From positions 97,383 to 161,382 of the forward strand of contig JAUSFE010000104.1 of NCBI GenBank assembly GCA_030649945.1: 64,000 bases of DNA, given 5' to 3'. The DNA comes from Dehalococcoidia bacterium (lineage in GTDB: Bacteria > Chloroflexota > Dehalococcoidia > SM23-28-2 > RBG-16-64-32). Of this stretch, positions 1 to 9,279 are shown piece after piece. How positions within the stretch are numbered: position 1 is the first letter of the stretch; each line of letters opens with the position of its first letter. The notes beneath the pieces were generated by a model that saw only the letters and a program-made list of their open reading frames with translations, did not search any database and was not told the origin of the DNA. The translations under genes and the position numbers were made by a program.

Positions 1-14
1 GGGCGCAGGCATTT

Positions 15-40
15 GGACAGACCTGAAGGTCTGTCCCTAC
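15..40. repeat. REP-like hairpin with TGAA loop and CTAC tail
   Basis: GGACAGACC-TGAA-GGTCTGTCC-CTAC, followed by GTCCCTAC repeats; reads GTAG+palindrome on the minus strand. Confidence 0.7.
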
Positions 41-70
41 GTCCCTACTACGTCCCTACGACCCGGGGGC

Positions 71-898
71 CTAGCCTGCGGCGGCCTTCCGCCGTCGTGC
101 GGGGCGCTCTTCCTCGTCCGGCTCTTCGCTCCGGCCCTTGCGCGCGGCCTCCACGCTGGCCTTCAGCGCAGACATCAGGTCGGTCACCTTCGCGGGTCGC
201 GGCGCGGCTGCTTCCGCCAGTTCCTGGCCCTCCAGCTTCGCCTCAATCACCCGCATCAGCGCCTCGCGGTACGCGTCCCCGTACTTCTGCGGGTCGAAGT
301 CTTTCGCCAGCAGGTCGATGAGCGTGAACGCCATGCCCAGCTCTTTCTCGGAGACGTCCACATCCGGGATCTCCGCCGGCGCCTCCCGGATCTCGTCCGG
401 GTAGAACAGCGTCTCCAGCACCAGCGTGCCGTCCATGGGCCGCAGGGCGCACAGCTGCTCCTTGTTGCGGACAGCGATCTTGGCCAGGCCCGTCAGGCCC
501 TTCTCCCGCAGCGCCCGCATCAGCAGCGCGAACGGTTTCACGGCCTTCGCGTCCGGCTCCAGGTAGTAGGTCTTCTCGTAGTAGATGGGGTCAATCTGCT
601 GCGCGTCCACGAACGCGGTCAGCTCCACCGTCTGCTTGCTGGGCAGGGGCAGCTTCGCGAAGTCCTCGTCCGTCATGATCACGTGCTCATCGCGTGCGTG
701 CTCGTACCCCCGCGCGATCTCGCCCCACTCCACCTCGCGCTCGTGGTAGGGGCACCAGCGCAGCTGCTTGAGGCGCGTGCCGCATTCCTTGTGCAGCAGG
801 TGGAAGCTCACGTCCTTGCTCTCGGTCGCGGTGTAGAGCTTCACCGGGATGCTCACCATCCCGAAGCTGATAACGCCGTTCCAGATTGACCTTGGCAT
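71..898 (-). CDS. ku: Ku protein (non-homologous end joining)
   Basis: MPRSIWNGVISFGMVSIPVKLY N-terminus, KTYYLEPD, VTDLMSALKASVE and basic tail; AGGCGG upstream of ATG 898. Confidence 0.95.
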   Translation of the reverse strand: MPRSIWNGVISFGMVSIPVKLYTATESKDVSFHLLHKECGTRLKQLRWCPYHEREVEWGEIARGYEHARDEHVIMTDEDFAKLPLPSKQTVELTAFVDAQQIDPIYYEKTYYLEPDAKAVKPFALLMRALREKGLTGLAKIAVRNKEQLCALRPMDGTLVLETLFYPDEIREAPAEIPDVDVSEKELGMAFTLIDLLAKDFDPQKYGDAYREALMRVIEAKLEGQELAEAAAPRPAKVTDLMSALKASVEAARKGRSEEPDEEERPARRRKAAAG

Positions 899-1093
899 TG
901 GCCCGCCTCCGTTCGCCGAATCCCGCGTGCGGGACACCATATTATCTTACCCCACGAGATAGACGCGCGAAAACGCGACGGGTTATGCGGGGGGTGCAGG
1001 AGGCGTGCCGATTCAGGTGGGGACGATCAGGCAATCAAGCGATCAAGCAAACGACGGGCAGAGGCCGGCGCGCAGTTCACCTGGCGATGACAC

Positions 1094-1195
1094 CCCTTCC
1101 CGCTCATGGTGAGGTACTCGTACCATGAGCGGAGCGACCACGGCGGAATGCCGCACCCCGCTCATCCTACGAGAGCCTCAGGATGAGCGGGAAGG
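1094..1195. repeat. Inverted pair of CCGCTC..GAGCGG palindromic REP-like elements
   Basis: CCGCTCATGGT-GAGGTACTCGT-ACCATGAGCGG (~1099-1132) and CCGCTCATCCT-ACGAGAGCCTC-AGGATGAGCGG (1158-1190, opposite orientation). Confidence 0.8.
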
Positions 1196-1310
1196 AGCGC
1201 AGGGCGTCCTCCTACACTCCAATGCTCAAATGTTCCAATGCTCCATTGCTCTAGCCCGCCGCCGCCCGCGCTATCATATGCGCAGCATCACCACCGCAAA
1301 GGAGCCGCCC

Positions 1311-1874
1311 ATGGACCGCGAAGAAGCCTGGCACATCCTCTGTGAGTTCACGCAGACAGAGCCCCTGCGCAAGCACGCCCGGGCCGTGGAGGCCGCCATG
1401 CGCGCCTACGCCCGGCGGTACGGCGGGGACGAGGAGCAGTGGGCCTGCGTGGGTCTCCTCCACGACTTCGACTTCGAGATGCACCCGAACCCCGAAGAGC
1501 ACCCGGCGAAGGGCGCCGCCATCCTGCGCGGGCGCGGCGTGCCCGAGGACATCGTCTACGCCGTCCTCTGCCACGCCGATTACCTGGGCCTGGACCGCAA
1601 GACCCCCATGGACCGCGCCATCTACGCCGTCGATGAGCTGGCCAGCTTCATCATCGCCGTCGCCCTCGTCCGCCCCAGCAAGAGCATTCACGAGGTGGAC
1701 GTGGCCGCCGTGCGCAAGAAGATGAAGGACAAGGGCTTCGCCCGCGCCGTCAACCGGGACGACATCCTGAAAGGCGCCGAGCAGTTGGGCGTGGCCCTGG
1801 ACGAGCACATCGCCTTCGTCATCGAGGCGCTGAAGCCGGCGGCGGCGGATTTGGGGATCGCCGGGACGGCTTAG
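1311..1874 (+). CDS. HD/HDIG-domain metal-dependent phosphohydrolase
   Basis: LRKH..VE, GLLHDFD, EEHP, HA and AVDEL motifs; AAGGAG RBS before ATG 1311. Confidence 0.9.
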   Translation: MDREEAWHILCEFTQTEPLRKHARAVEAAMRAYARRYGGDEEQWACVGLLHDFDFEMHPNPEEHPAKGAAILRGRGVPEDIVYAVLCHADYLGLDRKTPMDRAIYAVDELASFIIAVALVRPSKSIHEVDVAAVRKKMKDKGFARAVNRDDILKGAEQLGVALDEHIAFVIEALKPAAADLGIAGTA

Positions 1875-1900
1875 TACAGAGCCGCAGCGCGGGGGTTGTT

Positions 1901-2210
1901 ACCACTAAGACACAAAGGCACAAAGATTCAGCACTACTAAGAATTCTTCGCGTCTTAGTGCCTTTGTGTTTTCCGGGACGTTATCTCCCGAAGAGCCACC
2001 GGCTCTTACCACATAAGGCACCAAGACACAAAGATTGAGGATTATTAGGGATTCTTCGTGTCTTACTGTCTTCGTGTCTTACAGGACATTGTCTCCCGAA
2101 GAGCCACCGGCTCTTACCACATAAGACACAAAGACACGAAGATTCAGGATTATTAGGGATTTTTCGTGCCTTAGTGCCTTCGTGGTTTACAGGACACTGT
2201 CTCCCGAAGA
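1901..2210. repeat. Tandem ~108-bp units, each with a long imperfect hairpin (ACCAC.AAG.CAC.AAG ... CTT.GTG.CTT.GTG)
   Basis: TCTCCCGAAGA recurs at ~1984, 2092 and 2200; three hairpins separated by a linker containing AAGAGCC-ACC-GGCTCTT. Confidence 0.85.
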
Positions 2211-2246
2211 ACCTCTGTGCCTGACCCCCGGCCCTTCGCTGCGCGC

Positions 2247-3101
2247 CTACGGCCAGAACCGCGCCTGCACGGCCAGCACCCGCTCCACGTACCCCTGCGC
2301 GCCATCGTAGAGCACGCCGGCCTGCGTCGGCGCCAGCCCCTGGTAGTAGGAAGCGATGGCCATCTGCGCGTCCCCGCCGGTGGCGTCCAGCAGGATGCGC
2401 AGGAACGCCGTCCCCATCTTGATGTTGTCGTACGCGCTCGTGTCCTCGTTCAGCCCGTAGCCGAAGATGGCCGTCTCCAGCCACAGCGCCGTGTCCGGCA
2501 TCACCTGCATCACCCCCAGCGCGCCCGCCGGGCTCACGGCCCCCTGGTTCCAGCTGCTCTCCACCCAGGCCAGGGCCTTTACCAGCCCCGGGTCTATCCC
2601 CTCCGCCAGCGCCATCTCCTCCAGCAGCGCCTCCAGCTCCGGGTTCTGCGGCGCGGTCTCCGGCAGCCAGCCGGGCGCCGCGTGGGGCGCCGGGCCCGGT
2701 ATCGCCAGCACCTGGCCGATGATCAGGAAGTCCGGGTCCGCAAGGCCGTTCGGCGACATCAGCTCCTCTGCCGTCAGCCCGAACTCCGCCGCGATCCCGC
2801 TCAACGTATCGCCCGGCTGCACCTCGTACGAACGGGCGCCCGGCGCTACCGGCTCGCTCGCGTGGCCGCCGAAGCCGGGGATGCGCAAGACCTGCCCGGG
2901 GAAGATCACGTCCGGGTCCGCGATCGCGTTCAGGTCCACGATCTCGCCCACGGTGACGGCGTACACCTGGGCCAGGTACGAGAGCGTCTCGTCCGCGCCC
3001 ACCGTATGACGCAGCCCTTCCGCCTGCGCGGCCCCCGCGACGGCGATGGCCAGCACGGCGGCGATCGCGGCCACGATGAGGCCGCGCGCTGATTGCGGCA
3101 T
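2247..3101 (-). CDS. Secreted LysM x2 + lytic transglycosylase (SLT) protein
   Basis: Signal peptide; HTVGADETLS and YEVQPGDTLSGIA LysM repeats; ESSWNQGAVSPAGALGVMQVMP SLT motif. Confidence 0.9.
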   Translation of the reverse strand: MPQSARGLIVAAIAAVLAIAVAGAAQAEGLRHTVGADETLSYLAQVYAVTVGEIVDLNAIADPDVIFPGQVLRIPGFGGHASEPVAPGARSYEVQPGDTLSGIAAEFGLTAEELMSPNGLADPDFLIIGQVLAIPGPAPHAAPGWLPETAPQNPELEALLEEMALAEGIDPGLVKALAWVESSWNQGAVSPAGALGVMQVMPDTALWLETAIFGYGLNEDTSAYDNIKMGTAFLRILLDATGGDAQMAIASYYQGLAPTQAGVLYDGAQGYVERVLAVQARFWP

Positions 3102-3340
3102 CAATACTTCTCCTTCGACCTACAAGACGCCCGGAGCAGAGATGCGTTACGTGCAGAGCGGGGAGAGAAGTGCCGCCGCCCCATACCGTGTAGAATCGAT
3201 AACAGCGACTGCGCCGGCGCACGACCGGCCGCAGCGATCAGGAAGGAAGGAAGAACGGTCTGAGGCCCAATACCACTGCAACCAGCGCGCCATCCAGAAG
3301 TGCGGCGCCGACCGCCCTGGCGGCCCTCGGCCTCCTGGCG

Positions 3341-5299
3341 TTGCTCGTTGCCTTCCTGGCCACCTTCTCCCCGTCGGCAGATCCGGCTGAAGCCGGCCGT
3401 GGCACTGAGCTTCTCGCCGCCCCAAAGCGCGTTGTCGTCAGGGACCTGCCGACCGCCACCGGCCCTCGCGCCCGGGCCGCCGCTGAGCGCGTCGCTCCGC
3501 CCAGGCGCAGGCCGGTTATCCCCGCCACGACCGCGCAACTGTCAGGCGTCCCGGCCGCGAACGCCGCCGCCAGCGCGGCGGCCGCATCAGGTCCGGAGGT
3601 GCTCGCCAGCGCGTTCGAAGGCATTGACAACAACGACAACGCCTCCGTGGCCGGGTTCACCGTGACGCCTCCCGACCCACAGGTGGCCGCCGGGCCCGGC
3701 CACGTGCTGGAGATGACGAACGTGACCGGCCGCATCTTCGACAAGAAAGGCGCCACCCTCCAGACCTTCCTCCTCCGCGACTTCTTCGAAGTGCCCGCCG
3801 GCTGGTTTGACACCGACCCCAGAGTAATCTACGACGCGCTGGCGGGCCGCTGGTTCGCCAGCTACGCCTCGTTGACCGATAACCCCGGCGCGGCCACCGA
3901 TCTCGGCCGCCTGCACATCGCCGTCTCCCAGACAGACGACCCCACCGGCGCCTGGAACATCTACTTCCTCGAATACACGGACGTGTTCCCGGACTACCCC
4001 GGCATCGGCCTCACAGACGATAAGTTCACCGCCTCTGTGAACATCTTCGACATCGACGAAGCCCGCCTGGACCCTCCCTGCGCTCGCCCCTTCGCATTCT
4101 GCGGGGAGCAGACCGTGGTGGTGGAGAAGGCGGACCTCCTGGCCGGCGTCGCCGCGCCCTCGTTCTCCTTCCCTCTCAACACTAACCGCTTCACCGTCCG
4201 CCCGGCGCACTCGCTCTCTTCCATCAACGACCAGTACCTGGCCACATTCGACCTCACCTCGGGCCTGCCCTCCACAAGTCTCACGCTCATCCGCGTCACC
4301 GGCAGGCCGGGCGCCGGCAACGTCACGGAGGCCTCTGCGGATATCCTGCCTATCCTCTCCCAGTCGGATCCGCCGCTTTCACAGACTGCCGGCGGCGGCA
4401 CCATAGACTCCGGCGACTTCCGCCTGCTGGACGCCTCCTGGCGCAACGGCACCCTGTGGGCGTCCGCCTCCGCCCGCTGCGTTCCGGCAGGCGATACCAG
4501 CGTCCGTTCGTGCGCGCACCTGGTCGCCGTCAATGCCGCTGCCGCGACCGTCACGCAGGACATCATGTTCGGCGAGCCCGGCCAGCACTACTCATGGCCC
4601 GCGGTGCGCACTGACCCCTCCGGGAACCTGTTCGTCTCTCTCACCCACACCAACTCCACCATCTTCGCGGAGGCCGTCGCCGCCGGCCGCCGGGCGTCGG
4701 ACCCGGTCAACACCCTGGGCGGCGTCAGCCTCCTGCGGGCGGGAGACGTCGTGCACACGTCATCGCGCTGGGGGGACTACCTCTCCGTCGCCGTGGACCC
4801 CGCGGACCCCGCCTGCGTGTGGATAACGGGAGAGTACGCAAAGGCCACCGCCGGGCACGACTGGGGCACCTACATCGCCGCCGTCCACTACGACACGGGC
4901 TGCGATCGCGACGCCGACGGATGGCTGAACAGCGCCGACAACTGCCCCGACTGGGCGAACGCGGCGCAATCCCTGCCCGCCTGGCCCATACCGGCCGGCG
5001 ATGGGGACTGCGACGGCTTCTCCAGCGCCGACGAGGCCCTCACCGGCACAGACCCCGCCACCCACTGCGCGGCCACGCCCGACGCCAGCGACGAACCGCC
5101 TCCTGACGCCTGGCCCTTCGACTTCAACGACGACCGTCGCGCCACCTTGACCGATGTCCTGTCCTTCACGTCTGTCTTCAACTCCACTGCCGCAGACCCG
5201 CAGTACAACCCCCGCTACGACCTGCGGCCGGACGGAATCATCGGCCTCTCTGACATCCTCCTCTTCATCCGCGTCTTCAACGGCACCTGCGCCGGCTGA
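3341..5299 (+). CDS. Secreted/surface protein (PPDP..AAGP.H beta-rich domain, TSP3-like Ca motifs, C-terminal EF-hand/dockerin-like pair); start may be CTG 3260
   Basis: Hydrophobic N-terminus continues upstream in frame; SRWGDY motif; DADGWLNSADNCP; DFNDDRRATLTD and DLRPDGIIGLSD. Confidence 0.75.
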   Translation: MLVAFLATFSPSADPAEAGRGTELLAAPKRVVVRDLPTATGPRARAAAERVAPPRRRPVIPATTAQLSGVPAANAAASAAAASGPEVLASAFEGIDNNDNASVAGFTVTPPDPQVAAGPGHVLEMTNVTGRIFDKKGATLQTFLLRDFFEVPAGWFDTDPRVIYDALAGRWFASYASLTDNPGAATDLGRLHIAVSQTDDPTGAWNIYFLEYTDVFPDYPGIGLTDDKFTASVNIFDIDEARLDPPCARPFAFCGEQTVVVEKADLLAGVAAPSFSFPLNTNRFTVRPAHSLSSINDQYLATFDLTSGLPSTSLTLIRVTGRPGAGNVTEASADILPILSQSDPPLSQTAGGGTIDSGDFRLLDASWRNGTLWASASARCVPAGDTSVRSCAHLVAVNAAAATVTQDIMFGEPGQHYSWPAVRTDPSGNLFVSLTHTNSTIFAEAVAAGRRASDPVNTLGGVSLLRAGDVVHTSSRWGDYLSVAVDPADPACVWITGEYAKATAGHDWGTYIAAVHYDTGCDRDADGWLNSADNCPDWANAAQSLPAWPIPAGDGDCDGFSSADEALTGTDPATHCAATPDASDEPPPDAWPFDFNDDRRATLTDVLSFTSVFNSTAADPQYNPRYDLRPDGIIGLSDILLFIRVFNGTCAG

Positions 5300-5407
5300 T
5301 TCTCCGCTTGTCTAACGAGATATCGCTCGCCCGCCGCCGGTAACGCAATCCCCTTCACCGCGTCTTTGCTAATCGGGGGCCAGTGTCACCAGGGTCCACC
5401 GTTAGCT

Positions 5408-7825
5408 ATGTCAACCCGGCCGAAATCGCAGAACAACAACAAGGGGCGACCGCCGGCTCAGCGCCGTCCCGCGCCGGACCTCCTCCAGGAGGCCCGCGCT
5501 CTCAAGCGCTGGGTGCGGCTTGGCGTCTACCTCACCATCGTCGCCTTCATGCCCTTTGATTTCTTCGTCATCCGGCAATCCCTTTCAGAGCTGGTGGTGA
5601 ACAACACCCTCTACCTCGTAGTTGCCACGCTCGCCATAGAAGTCTCCTTCGCGCATATCTTCCGCCTGCGCAAGCGCATCGCCTTCCCCGGCGCCCTCAT
5701 CCTGCAGATCGGCGGCCTGCAGACCGTCGCGGAGGCCTCGCAGCTTGGCCTTCACGTCCTGCGCGGCTTTATGGGCTTTGATGCGGCTTTCCTGGCCCTG
5801 CGCGGCCCGGCCGGCGACCCCGCTCCCGTAGCGGTCACCGGCATGACCACGGATAGTGCCCGCCGCATCTGTGAGTTGACCACTGTGGAGATGCGGCGGG
5901 CGATGGCGGCGCGCCAGCCCATCCAGGCCGGGAGCGTGCGCAACTATCGCCTCGTCCTCGTCCCGCTGGTATCCGGCAGCGACACGATCGGCGTGCTCGC
6001 CCTCAGCGGCGAGCGCACGAACCGCGATCTCCTCGACAAACAGATCCTCCTCAGCGTGGGCGCCGCCTTCGGACTCTTCCTGGAGGGCCTCTCGCAGAAG
6101 GAACAGCTCCGCCGCAGCGAGGCCCGCAACCGGGCCCTCCTCAACGCCATCCCAGACACCATGGTGCGCATGGACAGGCGGGGCGTGATCCTTGATTTCC
6201 TCTCGAAGCGGCCGCCGCGCAGGCAGCGGTTGTTCCCGGACCAGCCGGCCGGCGCCGTTGTCTTTGACCTCCTGCCGGACGAAGTCGCAGAGAAGGCCAG
6301 GAACAGCCTGGAGCAGACTCTCCGCACCGGCGCCGTCCAGATGTTCGAGTTCACCTACCCCAGCGAGGGTGAGACGCAGCATCGCGAGGTGCGCGTCGTC
6401 CCGGCCGGCAAAGACGAGGTTCTGGCCATCATCCGCGACGTCACGGAGCGCAAGCGGGCGGAGGAGACCGTGCACCGGCTGGCCTTCCACGATGCCCTCA
6501 CCGGCCTGCCCAACCGCCCGCTCTTCCGTGACCGCCTGGAGCTGGCGCTGGCCCAGTCCCGCCGCAGCGGCCAGATGGCCGCCGTCATGTTCCTGGACCT
6601 GGACCGCTTCAAGGTCGTCAACGACACCGTGGGCCACGCCGAGGGCGATACGCTGCTCCGCCAGGTGGCCGGCCAGCTTACCGGCCTGGTGCGCGAGGGC
6701 GACACTGTGGCCCGTCTGGGTGGCGACGAGTTCACGATCCTTTTACCGACGATCGGCGGCCCGGAGGACGCCATCCGCATAGCGGAGCGCATCCTTAATA
6801 CGCTGAAGCGCCCCCAGGTCATTTGCGGCAGGGAGTACCTGGCCACGGGCAGCATCGGCATCACCATCTATCCCGGCGACGGCGCGGACGCCGACACGCT
6901 CCTGCGCAACGCGGACGTGGCCATGTACCGGGCGAAAGACCTGGGCCGCAACCAGTATCAGATGTACACCCCGGCCATGAACGCCGAGGTCTCGGATCGC
7001 CTGGCGCTGGAGACCAGCATGCGCCACGCCCTGGAGCGCGGCCACTTCGCCATCTACTACCAGCCGCAGGTGAACACGCAGACCATGAGCGTCGTCGGCA
7101 TGGAGGCGCTCCTGCGCTGGCGGCACCCGGTGCGCGGACTCATCCTTCCCGCAGACTTCATTCACACGGCGGAGGAGACGGGCCTGATCATCCCCCTCGG
7201 CGAGTGGGTGCTGCGGACGGCCTGCGCTCAGAACAAGGCCTGGCAGGATGCCGGTTACCCGCCCCTGCGCATCGCCGTCAACCTCTCGGCGCGCCAGTTC
7301 CGCCAGCGCAGCCTCATTGAGACGGTGCGCAACGCCCTTCGAGAGACGGGACTGGAGCCGCAATACCTGCAACTGGAGATCACCGAGGCACTCGCCATGC
7401 ACGACGCCGAGCTGACGATAACCATGCTGCGCGACCTGAAGGAGATGGGCGTCCAGATAGCGGTGGACGATTTCGGCATCGGCCACTCATCGTTGAACTA
7501 CCTCAAGCGCTTCCCCATCGATGCCGTCAAGATCGACTGCTCCTTTGTGAGAGGGCTCACCGTGGACCCGGTAGACGCCGCCCTCGTCACAGCCATCATC
7601 GCCATGTCCCACAGCCTGGGCCTCAAGGTCATCGCCGAAGGTGTGGAGACGGAAGAACAGCTGGCCTTTCTGAAGAACCCTCAGAGCCACCTGCCGGCCC
7701 TCAAGCACCGCCAGTGCGACGAGTTCCAGGGCTACCTCTTCAGCCACCCGCTGCCGCCCGAGGAGCTGGAGGCCATTCTGACGCGCCGGGAGCGCCCGCG
7801 CGCCCGCTCCGGGACCCGCCGTTAG
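5408..7825 (+). CDS. Membrane GAF-PAS-GGDEF-EAL diguanylate cyclase/phosphodiesterase
   Basis: Two TM segments; HDALTGLPNR, RLGGDEF, MEALLRW, VDDFGIG and AEGVET motifs. Confidence 0.95.
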   Translation: MSTRPKSQNNNKGRPPAQRRPAPDLLQEARALKRWVRLGVYLTIVAFMPFDFFVIRQSLSELVVNNTLYLVVATLAIEVSFAHIFRLRKRIAFPGALILQIGGLQTVAEASQLGLHVLRGFMGFDAAFLALRGPAGDPAPVAVTGMTTDSARRICELTTVEMRRAMAARQPIQAGSVRNYRLVLVPLVSGSDTIGVLALSGERTNRDLLDKQILLSVGAAFGLFLEGLSQKEQLRRSEARNRALLNAIPDTMVRMDRRGVILDFLSKRPPRRQRLFPDQPAGAVVFDLLPDEVAEKARNSLEQTLRTGAVQMFEFTYPSEGETQHREVRVVPAGKDEVLAIIRDVTERKRAEETVHRLAFHDALTGLPNRPLFRDRLELALAQSRRSGQMAAVMFLDLDRFKVVNDTVGHAEGDTLLRQVAGQLTGLVREGDTVARLGGDEFTILLPTIGGPEDAIRIAERILNTLKRPQVICGREYLATGSIGITIYPGDGADADTLLRNADVAMYRAKDLGRNQYQMYTPAMNAEVSDRLALETSMRHALERGHFAIYYQPQVNTQTMSVVGMEALLRWRHPVRGLILPADFIHTAEETGLIIPLGEWVLRTACAQNKAWQDAGYPPLRIAVNLSARQFRQRSLIETVRNALRETGLEPQYLQLEITEALAMHDAELTITMLRDLKEMGVQIAVDDFGIGHSSLNYLKRFPIDAVKIDCSFVRGLTVDPVDAALVTAIIAMSHSLGLKVIAEGVETEEQLAFLKNPQSHLPALKHRQCDEFQGYLFSHPLPPEELEAILTRRERPRARSGTRR

Positions 7826-7861
7826 CGGCGGCGGCCGCAGCTCCTGGCGCCCGCCCTCGCG

Positions 7862-9058
7862 TTACCGCGCCGGCGCGGTGCGAGTAGCAGCCGAATAGTT
7901 CACCGGGTACTCCACCATCCCCCGGAAGAAGGGCGTGAGGCGCCACTCCACCTCGTACCCCTCCTGGAGCGTCAGCGTCTCGAAGCGGTCCAGCACCGCA
8001 TTGATCGCGATACCGGCCTCTATCCGCGCCAGGTTGGCGCCCAGGCAGTAGTGGATGCCCTTGCCGAAGGCCAGGTGGTCCCGGCGCGCCCTGTCCAGGC
8101 TGAACTCCGCCGGGCAGTCGAACTCCCGCTGGTCCCTGTTGCCGGCCCCGTACAGGACGCACAGCGCGTCCCCCGCGCGGACCTGTTTGCCGCCCACCTC
8201 CACGTCCCGCCGCGCCTTCCGGTAGAAGCCCTGGATGGGCGCCTCGTAGCGTAGCGACTCCTCGATCAGGTTCCACACCAGGGAGCGGTCCTCGCGCAAC
8301 CTCCGCATCAGCCCGGGGTCCTCCGCCAGCACGCGGACCGCGCTACCGATAAGGTTCGTCGTCGTCTCGTTGCCGGCGACCAGCAGCAGCACCAGGAACG
8401 CCTGCAGCTCCGCCAGCGTCAACCGCTCGCCGTCCACCTCCGCCTCCAGCAGGCGCGTGAACAGGTCGTCCCGCGGCTGCCGGCGGCGCAGCTCCATCTG
8501 CTGGTAGAAGTACGTGGAAAGCTCCATGATCGCCGTCTGGAACTCCGCCGGGTTCGCGACGTGCTCCGCCGGCACACCGATGCGCTTCACGATCTCGTCG
8601 GACCAGTACTTGAACTGCGGGAACCTCTCGGACTCCACGCCGATGATCTCAGCGATCATGCGCACCGGCAGCGGGTAAGCCAGGTCGCCCACGACGTTGA
8701 ACGTCGCGGCGTCGATGCCGTCCAGCTGTTCGTCCACAATGCGCTGGATGCGCGGCGCCCAGTCCCGCTCGATGGACTTTGGGGTGAACGCTTTCGCCGC
8801 CAGCGCCCGCAGCTTCTTGTGGCGCGGCTCGTCGGTATTGATGATCGAGGGGAAGCCCCCCACGTTCTCCGCCTGCGGCGAGAAGACGCTGTTGGCGGAG
8901 GAGAAGGCCCGGTGGTCGTCCAGCACGGACACCGCCTCGCGGTAACCCAGCACCAGCCAGGCGCCCATCTCGGCGTTCCAGAGCACGGGGCTCTCGTCCC
9001 GCCAGCGGTCGTAGTGTGGATACGGACACTGCTTCATCTCAGGCGAAAACGGATGCAT
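7862..9058 (-). CDS. Cytochrome P450
   Basis: AGNETT I-helix, EESLR (ExxR), FGKGIHYCLG heme-ligand motif. Confidence 0.95.
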   Translation of the reverse strand: MHPFSPEMKQCPYPHYDRWRDESPVLWNAEMGAWLVLGYREAVSVLDDHRAFSSANSVFSPQAENVGGFPSIINTDEPRHKKLRALAAKAFTPKSIERDWAPRIQRIVDEQLDGIDAATFNVVGDLAYPLPVRMIAEIIGVESERFPQFKYWSDEIVKRIGVPAEHVANPAEFQTAIMELSTYFYQQMELRRRQPRDDLFTRLLEAEVDGERLTLAELQAFLVLLLVAGNETTTNLIGSAVRVLAEDPGLMRRLREDRSLVWNLIEESLRYEAPIQGFYRKARRDVEVGGKQVRAGDALCVLYGAGNRDQREFDCPAEFSLDRARRDHLAFGKGIHYCLGANLARIEAGIAINAVLDRFETLTLQEGYEVEWRLTPFFRGMVEYPVNYSAATRTAPAR

Positions 9059-9279
9059 CTGATCGTTGTCCCTTCCTGCGCGCCGCGCCACCGGCGCTTC
9101 AGCGGCGACTGTGGAGGCCGGCGAACTCCGAAAACAGCCGCAGCCGTCTGCTTGCCGGCCTTGCGAGCATTTTAGCAACCGCTTAGTTATCTTTCAACGC
9201 AGATATGGTGTTTGCATTGCCCGGATGGTGCGCTTCCTGTACACTGCGTCCTATCGGGCCACAGGGGGAGCAACCGTTC

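Noticed and set aside
71-898. Ku without ligD as an anomaly
   Set aside because: Ku reads off the left edge; ligD may lie just outside the window or elsewhere.
1901-2210. CRISPR array
   Set aside because: Units are ~108 bp with near-identical linkers, there are no unique spacers, and no cas genes are in the window.
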